NCBI GenBank assembly: GCA_034723395.1
Contig: JAYEOW010000020.1
Location: forward strand, 1 to 43,809
Source: Candidatus Margulisiibacteriota bacterium
GTDB taxonomy: Bacteria > Margulisbacteria > WOR-1 > O2-12-FULL-45-9
DNA length: 43,809 nt
Direction: 5' to 3'
Shown: positions 1 through 8,769 of the stretch, piece after piece
Layout of the letters: each line of letters opens with the position of its first letter
Numbering within the stretch: the stretch's first letter is position 1
Position numbers and translations under genes: made by a program
Notes under the pieces: model-generated
What the model was told of the DNA's origin: nothing
What the model saw: only the letters and a program-made list of their open reading frames with translations
Databases searched by the model: none

Positions 1-1667
1 CCGACCGCGACGGGATGAGGATATTTATCGAGATCAAGAAAGATGTTTCGCATGAGGTCGTCTTGAACCAGCTTTATAAGCGGACCAATATGCAGGTTAC
101 CTACGGGGTGAACCTGGTCGCCTTGGTCGATGGCACGCCAAAGCTTCTAACCTTAAAGCAGATGATCGCCGAGTACATTAAGTACCGCGAAGTAGTTGTA
201 ACCCGCCGCACCAAATTCGATCTTAAAAAGGCCGAAGAGCAGGCCCACATCCTGGAGGGCTTAATTATCGCCGTATCAAACATTGACAAGATAATTAAGC
301 TGATCAGAGGGTCGAAGAACCCGGAGGAAGCTAAAAAGGGATTAATGACCAAATTCAAGCTTTCGGCGATCCAGGCGCAGGCGATCCTCGATTTAAAGCT
401 GCAAAGGCTAACCCAGCTGGAACGCTATAAGATCGAAGATGAATATAAGAAGATAAAGAAGTTGATCGGCGAACTAAAGGAGCTTCTTTCCAGCCGCAAG
501 AAACTTTTGGGAGTAGTTAAAAAAGAGTTGGCTGAAGTAAAAGAGAAATACTCAGACGGCAGGAAGACAACAATAAGCGGAGAAGCAAGGATTGCTGACA
601 TTGAAGAGCTGATCCCTGAAGAAGAAGTTGCGATCTTGATTACCCGTGACGGCTATGTTAAACGGATGCCGGTAAAATCATTTAAGGCGCAGATGCGCGG
701 TGGCCGTGGGGTTGCCGGCATGGCAACTCGCGAAGAGGACCAGATCGACAAGATATTCGTATCTTCAACCCATAGCTTTATCCTGTTCTTCACCAACAAA
801 GGGAGGGTCTTTAAGCTGAAGGTTTTTGACCTTCCCGAAGCGAGCCGGGTAGGGAAGGGGCAATCGGTTGCTAACGTTCTTCAGGTTGGCCAGGGAGAGT
901 TGGTTACCGCTGCAGTTAAAGTTAAAGCCTTTGACGGCGAGAGCACCCTCTTTATGGCGACAAAGAAAGGGATGGTCAAAAAAGTCGCAATGGAAGACTT
1001 TGTAAATATCCGAAGATCGGGAATTATTGCGATTAAGCTAAAAGGAGATGACGAACTTCGCTGGGTAAAAGAGACCTCTGGAAGCGACGAAGTTCTGCTC
1101 GGGACCGGTAAGGGGCTAATGATCCGCTTTAACGAAAAATTAGTGAGAGTGATGGGCCGCTCGGCTTCTGGTGTCCGCGGACTCCGGCTGAAGAAAGGAG
1201 ACGACGTCGTTACCATGGATATCGTCGAGAAGAACGCCGATCTTCTTGCCATCTCCGAAGGTGGATTTGGAAAAAGGATGAAGATTGGAGAATTTGGCGC
1301 GCAGAATCGGGGGGGGAAGGGGCATATCGCAATTAAGCTCCGCAACAAAGATAAGGTTGCCTCAATGAAGATGATCCGGTCAGACGATGAGCTCCTTTTT
1401 GTAACTGCCAATGGGACAATGAGCAGGCAAAAAGGGAGCGGGATCTCTACCCAGGGACGCTATGCTAAAGGAGTTAGAATCCAACGGGTCGATCAAGGAG
1501 ATCGAATTGTCGATATCGGACGTGTTATAAACCCGGAAGAGGCAGAAAAAGTTACCGAGAAAGCGCTTGAAAAGGCGGCCGAGAAAAAAGCCGAACGAAT
1601 CGAAAAGATCAAGGAAGCGCGCGCGCAACTGCCGACGAAGAAGAGAAGAATACGGAAAACTAAGTAA
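1..1667 (+). CDS. gyrA: DNA gyrase subunit A (5'-truncated by the window edge)
   Basis: The reading frame is open from the window edge (DRDGMRI), with QAQAILDLKLQRLT, a GyrA-box QMRGGRG and C-terminal pinwheel repeats. Confidence 0.95.
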   Translation, partial: DRDGMRIFIEIKKDVSHEVVLNQLYKRTNMQVTYGVNLVALVDGTPKLLTLKQMIAEYIKYREVVVTRRTKFDLKKAEEQAHILEGLIIAVSNIDKIIKLIRGSKNPEEAKKGLMTKFKLSAIQAQAILDLKLQRLTQLERYKIEDEYKKIKKLIGELKELLSSRKKLLGVVKKELAEVKEKYSDGRKTTISGEARIADIEELIPEEEVAILITRDGYVKRMPVKSFKAQMRGGRGVAGMATREEDQIDKIFVSSTHSFILFFTNKGRVFKLKVFDLPEASRVGKGQSVANVLQVGQGELVTAAVKVKAFDGESTLFMATKKGMVKKVAMEDFVNIRRSGIIAIKLKGDDELRWVKETSGSDEVLLGTGKGLMIRFNEKLVRVMGRSASGVRGLRLKKGDDVVTMDIVEKNADLLAISEGGFGKRMKIGEFGAQNRGGKGHIAIKLRNKDKVASMKMIRSDDELLFVTANGTMSRQKGSGISTQGRYAKGVRIQRVDQGDRIVDIGRVINPEEAEKVTEKALEKAAEKKAERIEKIKEARAQLPTKKRRIRKTK

Positions 1668-2859
1668 GCTCTTTAACCACGGCGTCTAGCTGGTCTTTTT
1701 CAACCAGCTCTGTCACACAAACAGGGTTCGCCCTCCCTTTCACCATAAACTCCTTAAAAGTTGGCGCAGAATAAAGGACTTTATCTTTAAGCCTCTTTTT
1801 TAGGTAGTTTGATTTCTGCAAACAAAGCTCGGCAACTTTTCTCAGGCCCTGTTTCCCCATTACCGAAAAATAAGCGGCGGCTGCTAACGCGGCCAGCGCT
1901 TCGTTGCTGCAGATATTCGAAGTCGCCCGCTCACGGCGAATATGCTGCTCTCTGGTTTGAAGGGTCAGACAAAAAGCTTGCTTTCCTTGCGCGTCGGTGG
2001 TTTTGCCGACAATCCGTCCCGGGACCATCCGCATCAGCTCTTTTTTCGCGGCAAAGATCCCCAGTCCGGGGCCGCCGAACGATTGAGGGTTGCCGAGCGA
2101 TTGTCCCTCTCCGACTACAATGTCTGCGCCATATTCCCCCGGGGCTTTTAATATTCCCAGAGAGACAGGGTCGACGCTAACAATTAAAAGCGGATCGAAT
2201 TTTCTAATGTCCTCGATACAGCCAAAAAAGTTTGGCTGTTGTATTATTAAACATGCGGTTTGACCGGAAATATACGCGGAAGGATCTTTCGTCAATCCGG
2301 TTTTTTCATCAAAAGGGACCTCTTTAATGTTTAAAGACGTGCCGTCAGCATAAGTCTTTAAAACCTTTCTGTATTCCGGATGAACGGAGGAAGAGACAAC
2401 GATCTCCTCTTTCCCTTTGTAGCGGCAAGCAAGCATGGCCGCTTCGGACATGGCTGTCGCCCCATCATACATCGAGGCATTGGCCACCTCCATGCCGGTT
2501 AGCTCACAGATCATCGTCTGGTATTCATAGATCGCTTGTAATATTCCCTGGCTGGCTTCTGCCTGGTAAGGAGTATAAGCGGTATAAAATTCAGAGCGGC
2601 CAACGATGTGCCCAACAACGCTGGGGATGAAATGATTGTAAGAACCGCCGCCCAAAAAAGGGGAAGCTAATTTGTTTTTTTTACTAGCATCGCCTAATTC
2701 TTTTAATAGCTCGGGCTCAGATAAGGGTTTTGGTAGAGGGGGGAGATTTTTTAATGCGACTTTATCTGGAAGATCAGAAAAAAGCTCATTAATAGCGGAT
2801 TTTCCAATGGAAGACAACATCTCTTTTTTATCTTTTTCGGTGTGAGGAACATAACGCAT
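1660..2859 (-). CDS. gcvPA: Glycine dehydrogenase (decarboxylating) subunit 1
   Basis: MRYVPHT start; EFYTAYTPYQAEASQG, NASMYDGATA and TLQTREQHIRRERATSNICSN motifs. Confidence 0.95.
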   Translation of the reverse strand: MRYVPHTEKDKKEMLSSIGKSAINELFSDLPDKVALKNLPPLPKPLSEPELLKELGDASKKNKLASPFLGGGSYNHFIPSVVGHIVGRSEFYTAYTPYQAEASQGILQAIYEYQTMICELTGMEVANASMYDGATAMSEAAMLACRYKGKEEIVVSSSVHPEYRKVLKTYADGTSLNIKEVPFDEKTGLTKDPSAYISGQTACLIIQQPNFFGCIEDIRKFDPLLIVSVDPVSLGILKAPGEYGADIVVGEGQSLGNPQSFGGPGLGIFAAKKELMRMVPGRIVGKTTDAQGKQAFCLTLQTREQHIRRERATSNICSNEALAALAAAAYFSVMGKQGLRKVAELCLQKSNYLKKRLKDKVLYSAPTFKEFMVKGRANPVCVTELVEKDQLDAVVKELT

Positions 2860-3233
2860 TATCCGGTGATTTTCTTATAAGCTTCAGCAGAAAGGAGGCC
2901 GTCAATCTCAGAAGGATTTGTTAGCTCGACCTTAATCATCCAGGCCTTATCATATGGGCTTTCGTTGACTAACTGCGGCGCGTTATTAAGCTCCTGATTT
3001 ACTTCGGCAACCTTGCCGGAAATCGGGGAATAAAGGGACGAGACCGACTTTACCGATTCGACAACCCCAAATTCTTCTCCTGTTTTTAGTTCTTTCCCGA
3101 CCGGAGGGAGCTCGACATAAACGACATCCCCCAATTGGTCCTGTGCATAATGGGTAACCCCAACCGTTGCTGTTTTTCCGTCGGCCTTAGCCCACTCGTG
3201 GTCCTTGCTGTATTTCAAGTTTTCCGGAATCAT
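2859..3233 (-). CDS. gcvH: Glycine cleavage system H protein
   Basis: YSKDHEW, LGDVVYVELP and the lipoyl-lysine motif VESVKS. Confidence 0.97.
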   Translation of the reverse strand: MIPENLKYSKDHEWAKADGKTATVGVTHYAQDQLGDVVYVELPPVGKELKTGEEFGVVESVKSVSSLYSPISGKVAEVNQELNNAPQLVNESPYDKAWMIKVELTNPSEIDGLLSAEAYKKITG

Positions 3234-3553
3234 GCTTGGGCCTCCAATTTGTTGACAGTAATCCTAAAGTATGCAAAGATGACCCCCGAAACGAAAATGC
3301 GGGAGAGGCTGTCCCAAAACCGGTCGTGGAGCATCTTCCGCTGGTAGTAAGCATCAAAGAACTGTTCGCCCTTTTCCGCAGGGGGGAGCCCTTCTTCCGC
3401 CGGAGCGTTATAGCCTAGCGAATTCCCCCGGATGACGTAAAGTCCTGCTGAAGCGCTGGCCAGGTCGACCACTCCCCACATCAGGATAAAAAAGGCAATG
3501 ACACAAATTACATAATAATAGGCTTTTTTCATATCCAGAGCACCTAAAGACAT
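3230..3553 (-). CDS. Small two-TM membrane protein (possibly DUF5671-like)
   Basis: Two hydrophobic segments, a GGAGG SD upstream, and an ATGA overlap with gcvH. Confidence 0.7.
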   Translation of the reverse strand: MSLGALDMKKAYYYVICVIAFFILMWGVVDLASASAGLYVIRGNSLGYNAPAEEGLPPAEKGEQFFDAYYQRKMLHDRFWDSLSRIFVSGVIFAYFRITVNKLEAQA

Positions 3554-3574
3554 AGTTTTACCTCCAATGATATT

Positions 3575-4639
3575 TTAACGCTTATAAAAGGTTTTAGCAA
3601 CCAACTTTGCCGGCAACTTGGTCCCTCGCACCAACGCTTTCACGCTGTTTCCAGGAGAGGCTTCTTTGGCTGCCAAGTAAGCGAGGGCGATCGGTTTCTT
3701 TAAAGTTGGAGAAAAGGTCCCGCTGGTTACCTTCCCAATTTCCCGATCGCCGGAAGCGTCAAAAATAAGCCCCCCATTCCGGATAATCATCCGTCCTTTG
3801 ACCTCTATCCCGACCAGCTTTTTATTTGTCCCTTTTTCTTTTTGTTTTAAAAGGACCGGCTTGCCGATAAAATTGTCCTTATCAAGCTTTACCGCCCAGC
3901 CGTAGCCAACTTCGAGCGGGGAGGTTTCTTCGTCATATTCATGCCCGTACAGCGGCAGCCCGGCCTCAAGGCGAAGAGTATCTCTTGCCCCCAGGCCGCA
4001 GGGCTGCGCGCCTCCCTTTATAAACATATTCCAGATTTTTTCTGTTTCGCCGTTGGCAACAATTAGTTCGAGCCCATCTTCGCCGGTATACCCTGTTCTC
4101 GAAATAATAATGTCTTTCCACCAAAGCAGATGATTATGTTTTAGGTTGGACAAGGAGAGATCTAATACTTTGGAAGCCGTTTTCTCCGCGGCCGGGCCCT
4201 GGACCGAAAGCATACAGTAGTTCTCGTAAGGCTCTACGGTTGCGTGTTTTAGTCCTTCGGACTGCTTTTTTAGCCAGGCGAGAACTTTTTCGGTGTTGCT
4301 GGCATTGCTGACGATCAGATATTGCATAGGGAGGTGGTAGACCAAAATATCATCGATCGTGCCACCCTTGTTGTTGCAAAGAATCGAATATTGGCACTGA
4401 TTAACCTCGAGCCTGGAAGCATCATTTGTCGCAACCTTCTGAATCAGCGCCAACGCGTCCTCCCCCTCGATCTTGATCAGTCCCATATGACCGATGTCAA
4501 AGATCCCGACGCTATTTCTAACCGCATTATGCTCTTCAATAATGCTTTTATAGGATACCGGCATCTCCCAACCGGCGAAGGGGACCATCTTGGCCCCAAT
4601 CTCTTTGTGTGACTGGTTTAGGGGAGTCTTTTTTGGCAT
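3575..4639 (-). CDS. gcvT: Aminomethyltransferase (glycine cleavage T protein)
   Basis: MVPFAGWEMPVSY, SRTGYTGEDG and GLGARDTLRLEAG motifs. Confidence 0.97.
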   Translation of the reverse strand: MPKKTPLNQSHKEIGAKMVPFAGWEMPVSYKSIIEEHNAVRNSVGIFDIGHMGLIKIEGEDALALIQKVATNDASRLEVNQCQYSILCNNKGGTIDDILVYHLPMQYLIVSNASNTEKVLAWLKKQSEGLKHATVEPYENYCMLSVQGPAAEKTASKVLDLSLSNLKHNHLLWWKDIIISRTGYTGEDGLELIVANGETEKIWNMFIKGGAQPCGLGARDTLRLEAGLPLYGHEYDEETSPLEVGYGWAVKLDKDNFIGKPVLLKQKEKGTNKKLVGIEVKGRMIIRNGGLIFDASGDREIGKVTSGTFSPTLKKPIALAYLAAKEASPGNSVKALVRGTKLPAKLVAKTFYKR

Positions 4640-4671
4640 ATATTTATTATAGAGGAAATTTTAAAAAAATG

Positions 4672-4695
4672 GAAATTTTTGTGAAAAATTGTCGA
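4672..4695 (+). promoter_or_regulatory. Candidate alternative-sigma promoter GAAATT-N14-TCGA (copy 1)
   Basis: gGAAATTtttgtgaaaaattgTCGAtat upstream of the 4741 ORF; the same spacing occurs at 5724 and 36491. Confidence 0.6.
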
Positions 4696-4740
4696 TATAT
4701 ATAGAGAGGCTTAAAAGGGCCATTTATTAAAGCCCTGGAT

Positions 4741-5697
4741 ATGGAAATAAACACACTAATTAGCGCAGCAAATATTTTACAAAGCGGCTTTCAATCTTCC
4801 CCGGAAAGCAAGCAAAAAACCTGCTCAAATACCCGCGTTCTTACTAACGAATTAAAAAAACTATCTTATTCCAAAGGAGCGATCTTTGTCTCCAGGGGGA
4901 AGGAGGGCTCTTTGGCTTGCGCAACCAGGCTTGATAACGGGAAATTATCAAAAAAATGGTTGAGCGTTATAAAGCTAAAACTCCAAAAAAATATGGGGAA
5001 GGGGATGTCGAAAGAGAAAGCGCTCTACAAGGCGACCGTAGATGCCTTGCGAGAGGGGAAGTTTAGATATAAAAAATTATACGCCCCTGACGCGAGCGTG
5101 GTACTGCCCGGAGATTTTTTAAGAGTGAAAATAGGTGATTGCAGCGAGTATGCAACCCTTGTTGCGGCGACCCTAAAAGCGTTTAATATAGACTACATTT
5201 ATATTTATAATTATCATCATATTATATCTGCAGTTGCGGTAAGAGAAGGGGACAAAGGGCCTGCCGATTTGAAACCTTTGAAAATAGAAGTTTCTGGGAG
5301 GTTGGGCGCGCCGCCCGCGACCCTCTACATTTATCCAATTGACGTTTCCCCGGCCCCGGCAAGCGGGGATCTGAAAAAAACGCTGGAGGGAGCGCGTAAA
5401 TGGGTTCAGGCAACAAATTATAAGACAGAACTAGGGTTTGTGAACTCTTCTGGAAAAATATTAAAACACCGTTCCCAGTGGGGAGAACAATTGAAAAATT
5501 ATACTTATCCGATCTTTTCAGTTGATATTCTTCCTAATTTAAAGATCGATCCGCCTTCTCCAATTGTTCCTGCCGTTGTGAAGAATAACTCGCTCAAATT
5601 AACCGTTGATTTGCCCCCATCGCTGTCAGGGGCTGAAAATTGGATGAGCCCCGTGATGAGAATGCATTTATGGGGGCAGGTTGCGGGGGCGGATTAG
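4741..5697 (+). CDS. Transglutaminase-like (papain-fold) domain protein, orphan
   Basis: GDCSEYATLVAATL helix with a candidate catalytic Cys, a downstream His (YNYHHII) and Asp (YPIDVS), matching the transglutaminase-like triad pattern. Confidence 0.6.
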   Translation: MEINTLISAANILQSGFQSSPESKQKTCSNTRVLTNELKKLSYSKGAIFVSRGKEGSLACATRLDNGKLSKKWLSVIKLKLQKNMGKGMSKEKALYKATVDALREGKFRYKKLYAPDASVVLPGDFLRVKIGDCSEYATLVAATLKAFNIDYIYIYNYHHIISAVAVREGDKGPADLKPLKIEVSGRLGAPPATLYIYPIDVSPAPASGDLKKTLEGARKWVQATNYKTELGFVNSSGKILKHRSQWGEQLKNYTYPIFSVDILPNLKIDPPSPIVPAVVKNNSLKLTVDLPPSLSGAENWMSPVMRMHLWGQVAGAD

Positions 5698-5723
5698 AAT
5701 ATATAGCGATTTTAAATTCATGT

Positions 5724-5747
5724 GAAATTATTCTATTGGCTCATCGA
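5724..5747 (+). promoter_or_regulatory. Candidate alternative-sigma promoter GAAATT-N14-TCGA (copy 2)
   Basis: GAAATTattctattggctcaTCGAtg, 12 nt before the ATG at 5760. Confidence 0.6.
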
Positions 5748-5759
5748 TGTTTATCTGTG

Positions 5760-6905
5760 ATGAACAATATACCAGGATCGGGGGGAATACAAAGGTCTGG
5801 AAGGTCAATGGTTTCCCATCCCATCCCGCCTACAATTGCATCGAAAACCAACCAAATGTTAATTGATCTCCTGACGCAACGGCTAAGATATAAACGGCAG
5901 GCCGGTTTTCTGTACGTAGATCACGGGCGGGGCTTTGCCCTTTCGGAGGCCGCGCTGACCCCTCCATGCATCCGCCTTACCGTTTCGGAGAGCAGCAACT
6001 TAAGTTGTCTGCTTGCTTCGAGCCAGGCAAAAAATATTCTGATTGCCCGCGGATACAATACTGTTTTTTATATTAGCGAAGTAAAGCCGGAAGGGAAGGT
6101 TCCTTCCCCAAACTTGGAGTACGTTAAAATCCAGGTTATCCTGCAGGCCAATACCAATATTGTCAGTTTCATCCTGGAAAAGCTACGGACCCCCCGCTTG
6201 ATAACCTGGACGGAAAACCGAGAATTTTGTGATCAGATCTTAAACTGGGCAAAGAGCAACGATCCCCGCGGGGAAATTGTAATGAGGCGCAGCGACGGCG
6301 TATTGCTAAAAGAGATGGATCCAGCCAGCCTTAGTCTTCTTGAACACCATTTTACCGATATCAAACTGACACATCTAAAAAAACGGCAAAAACCCTCCGC
6401 GACCTCTTTCGCGGATACCCGTCTCCCGTCTGCCGACACGCCCTGGGGAGAAACGGTCATGCACAAAAATATCATGAGGCTTTTTGGTGCGGTTTCAGCT
6501 TCTGCCGGTTCTGTCCGGCCTACCAACCTTTATTTACGCGTCGATCTTGAAGATGGGTTGGTCGAAATTGTGGACCATTACCAAAAAGCCGATCTGATCT
6601 TCGCCTTTTCCAGGTGGGGCGCGGACACTGCCGGCCTGCCCGATGGGCTGAGGAAAATCGTCTTCGCCCGTGGAATAAACCTATCCCAAGCCCAGATATC
6701 TAACCTGTGGGCGACAAATGCAATTTTCCACGATCGCCCAAAATTATCGTTTTTTGTCCAAACTGCACGGAAGATAAATGACCAGCTTTGCGGGAATCAC
6801 ATCCAATCTGAGCTTTCGCGCTCCGGCGCAAGCACAGAGATCCCGGATCAGGGGGAACTGTTGGCTGCTCTCCTGAATAAAAATATAGAGGTTGGCTCCC
6901 TTTAA
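5760..6905 (+). CDS. Hypothetical protein (orphan, about 381 aa)
   Basis: Long ORF with no recognisable motif. Start placed at ATG 5760 (MNNIPG), after the promoter-like motif, rather than 5640, which overlaps the upstream gene. Confidence 0.65.
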   Translation: MNNIPGSGGIQRSGRSMVSHPIPPTIASKTNQMLIDLLTQRLRYKRQAGFLYVDHGRGFALSEAALTPPCIRLTVSESSNLSCLLASSQAKNILIARGYNTVFYISEVKPEGKVPSPNLEYVKIQVILQANTNIVSFILEKLRTPRLITWTENREFCDQILNWAKSNDPRGEIVMRRSDGVLLKEMDPASLSLLEHHFTDIKLTHLKKRQKPSATSFADTRLPSADTPWGETVMHKNIMRLFGAVSASAGSVRPTNLYLRVDLEDGLVEIVDHYQKADLIFAFSRWGADTAGLPDGLRKIVFARGINLSQAQISNLWATNAIFHDRPKLSFFVQTARKINDQLCGNHIQSELSRSGASTEIPDQGELLAALLNKNIEVGSL

Positions 6906-6909
6906 AGCG

Positions 6910-8049
6910 CTAGTTTTTTGTCTCCATCTTTTCATCCTTCTTCGCCCCTTCTACGCTCTTCGAGCTTCGAAGTGCTCCGGAGGACAACACTTTTTTCAAC
7001 GCGGAAACAAACTTCTTGTTCTGCTCCTTGGCCCCGATCGAGACGCGGATGCATTCGGGAAGGCCAAAGGAGGTTAGCGGCCGAATAATTACCCGTTGCT
7101 TCATCATCCCCATAAAGATGACGTCGGCCGATCTTTTTAGGTTAATGAAAATAAAGTTCGACCCGCTTTTTTTATATTCTAATCCAAGTTTATCCAGCTC
7201 AGCATAAAGGTATTTTTTCCCTTCGACATTGTTCTTAAATGTTTTGTCGAGAAATTTTTTGTCATTCAACGCCGCGCTTGCTCCTGCCTGCGCCAGGCGG
7301 TTAACATTAAAAGGGAGCTTGGTGCGAAACATATAGTTGATGAGCTCTTTTCTGGCAACGCCGTAGCCGCAGCGCAAGCCCGCCAGTCCGTAGAACTTCG
7401 AGAATGTCCTTAAAACCAGGACATTTTTTTCTTCGCGGACATATTTTAAGCTGTCGGGGAAACAATCGGACTCTGTAAATTCCATATAGGCCTCGTCCAA
7501 GACAACGATCACCTCTTCGGGAACCTTTCGAATGAATATATCGAGCGCTTCTTCGGAAATAAAGGTTCCCGAAGGATTGTGCGGGTTGCAGATAAAGATG
7601 ACCTTTGTTTTCGGCGAGATCGAATTTGCCATGGCGGAAAGATCTTGTTCGAAGTTTTTCAGCTCAACAAATACGGGAAGGCCATCTAGAAGGCGGGTGG
7701 TGAATTCGTATACGCTAAAGGTGTTTTCGGGGACGATTACCTCTTCCCCCGGCTTGAGAAAGGTTTGCGCGGCAATCTGCATAATCTCATCCGACCCGTT
7801 GCCGACAATGATGCACTCCTCATCGATCCGCAGCTTTTCCGAGAGCGCTTCGCGGAGCAGGATCGATTTCTGGTCAGGATACATTTGGAGCGCCTTAAAT
7901 TCTTTGCTGACGGCCTTTAGCGCCAGGGGGGAGGGGCCAAATGGATTTTCGTTTGAGGCCAGTTTAATGACGCCGGGTTCTTTGGGGTTTTTTCCGGGGA
8001 CATAATCCCTTAACTTGTTTACCGCCGGACGGACGAGCTCATCGTTCAT
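6910..8049 (-). CDS. hisC: Histidinol-phosphate aminotransferase
   Basis: KLASNENP, GNGSDE, CNPHNPSG and RTFSKFYGLAGLR (PLP lysine). Confidence 0.96.
   Translation of the reverse strand: MNDELVRPAVNKLRDYVPGKNPKEPGVIKLASNENPFGPSPLALKAVSKEFKALQMYPDQKSILLREALSEKLRIDEECIIVGNGSDEIMQIAAQTFLKPGEEVIVPENTFSVYEFTTRLLDGLPVFVELKNFEQDLSAMANSISPKTKVIFICNPHNPSGTFISEEALDIFIRKVPEEVIVVLDEAYMEFTESDCFPDSLKYVREEKNVLVLRTFSKFYGLAGLRCGYGVARKELINYMFRTKLPFNVNRLAQAGASAALNDKKFLDKTFKNNVEGKKYLYAELDKLGLEYKKSGSNFIFINLKRSADVIFMGMMKQRVIIRPLTSFGLPECIRVSIGAKEQNKKFVSALKKVLSSGALRSSKSVEGAKKDEKMETKN
6935..6984 (-). repeat. Nested palindromic element (stem-GNAGC...GCGNA-stem) in the hisC C-terminal tail
   Basis: The minus strand reads TCCTCC-GGAGC-A[CTTC-GAAGC-TCGAAGA-GCGTA-GAAG]GG-GCGAA-GAAGGA and encodes SSGALRSSKSVEGAKKD. 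Confidence 0.65.
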
Positions 8050-8765
8050 CAGAAAGGGTTCGCCCAGCTAAAGCCGAGCAAGGCTGAGCGAGAATCTTTA
8101 GCTTCGCTGTTATCAAAAAGGTTTAAGGCGGTAATATTTAACGAAAAGATCGGAGTAAAGAAAAAGCGGGCCCCTGCGTTTACTTGGAAAAGGGTCTCGC
8201 CCGCTAAAAGGTCGCCCGCAAGATAAAAGCTTTCCGCGCCCACGGGGATTTCTGCGCCAAACAAACCGAGCGGGCGAAACCTCTGGTCAGGAAAGTCGGC
8301 CATAAATCCAAAAGTCATCCGCGGCCCCTGTTTAAAATATTTTGTGGCGACCATATAGACATCGGTGTCACTGTAGGAAAACAGGTTCTCAACCCCGATC
8401 GCCAGGCGTAACGGATACGAATCTTCGTCCGTTGCCAGAGAAAGCTTCATGTTCACAAAAACCCCTTCGCGCAGCGTGCTCGAGTTTTTCTCGGTCCCGC
8501 CGACGATTCCGATCTCCACGCCGTGAAAGGTGCCTAGATTCATCTTATAAAAAACGGCCGATTCCGCAGAGGTGAACGAGGGGAGAAAAGTAGCGCCGAA
8601 GTCTGCGCCAATGTTAAAATTTTTATAAGGAATAACGTCTGCCGAAGGAATTCGAACCACACCCGAGGGGCCATTTAATGCGGGAGTAGGGAATACCTGT
8701 GGGTATGCCAAAGCGGAGGACGCTAAAAGTAAAATAGATGCTAATATTAAGGCATTCTTTTTCAT
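8049..8765 (-). CDS. YjbH-like outer-membrane beta-barrel protein
   Basis: Signal peptide, a GPSGVVRIPSADV N-terminal motif, amphipathic beta-strands and a terminal Phe. Confidence 0.6.
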   Translation of the reverse strand: MKKNALILASILLLASSALAYPQVFPTPALNGPSGVVRIPSADVIPYKNFNIGADFGATFLPSFTSAESAVFYKMNLGTFHGVEIGIVGGTEKNSSTLREGVFVNMKLSLATDEDSYPLRLAIGVENLFSYSDTDVYMVATKYFKQGPRMTFGFMADFPDQRFRPLGLFGAEIPVGAESFYLAGDLLAGETLFQVNAGARFFFTPIFSLNITALNLFDNSEAKDSRSALLGFSWANPF

Positions 8766-8769
8766 AAGA

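Noticed and set aside
1..1667. ParC instead of GyrA
   Set aside because: The GyrA-box QMRGGRG is present at the start of the C-terminal domain.
5640..5759. Overlap of the 4741 and 5640 ORFs as a possible frameshifted single gene
   Set aside because: A promoter-like motif at 5724-5747 and an ATG at 5760 explain two separate genes, and I saw no slippery site.
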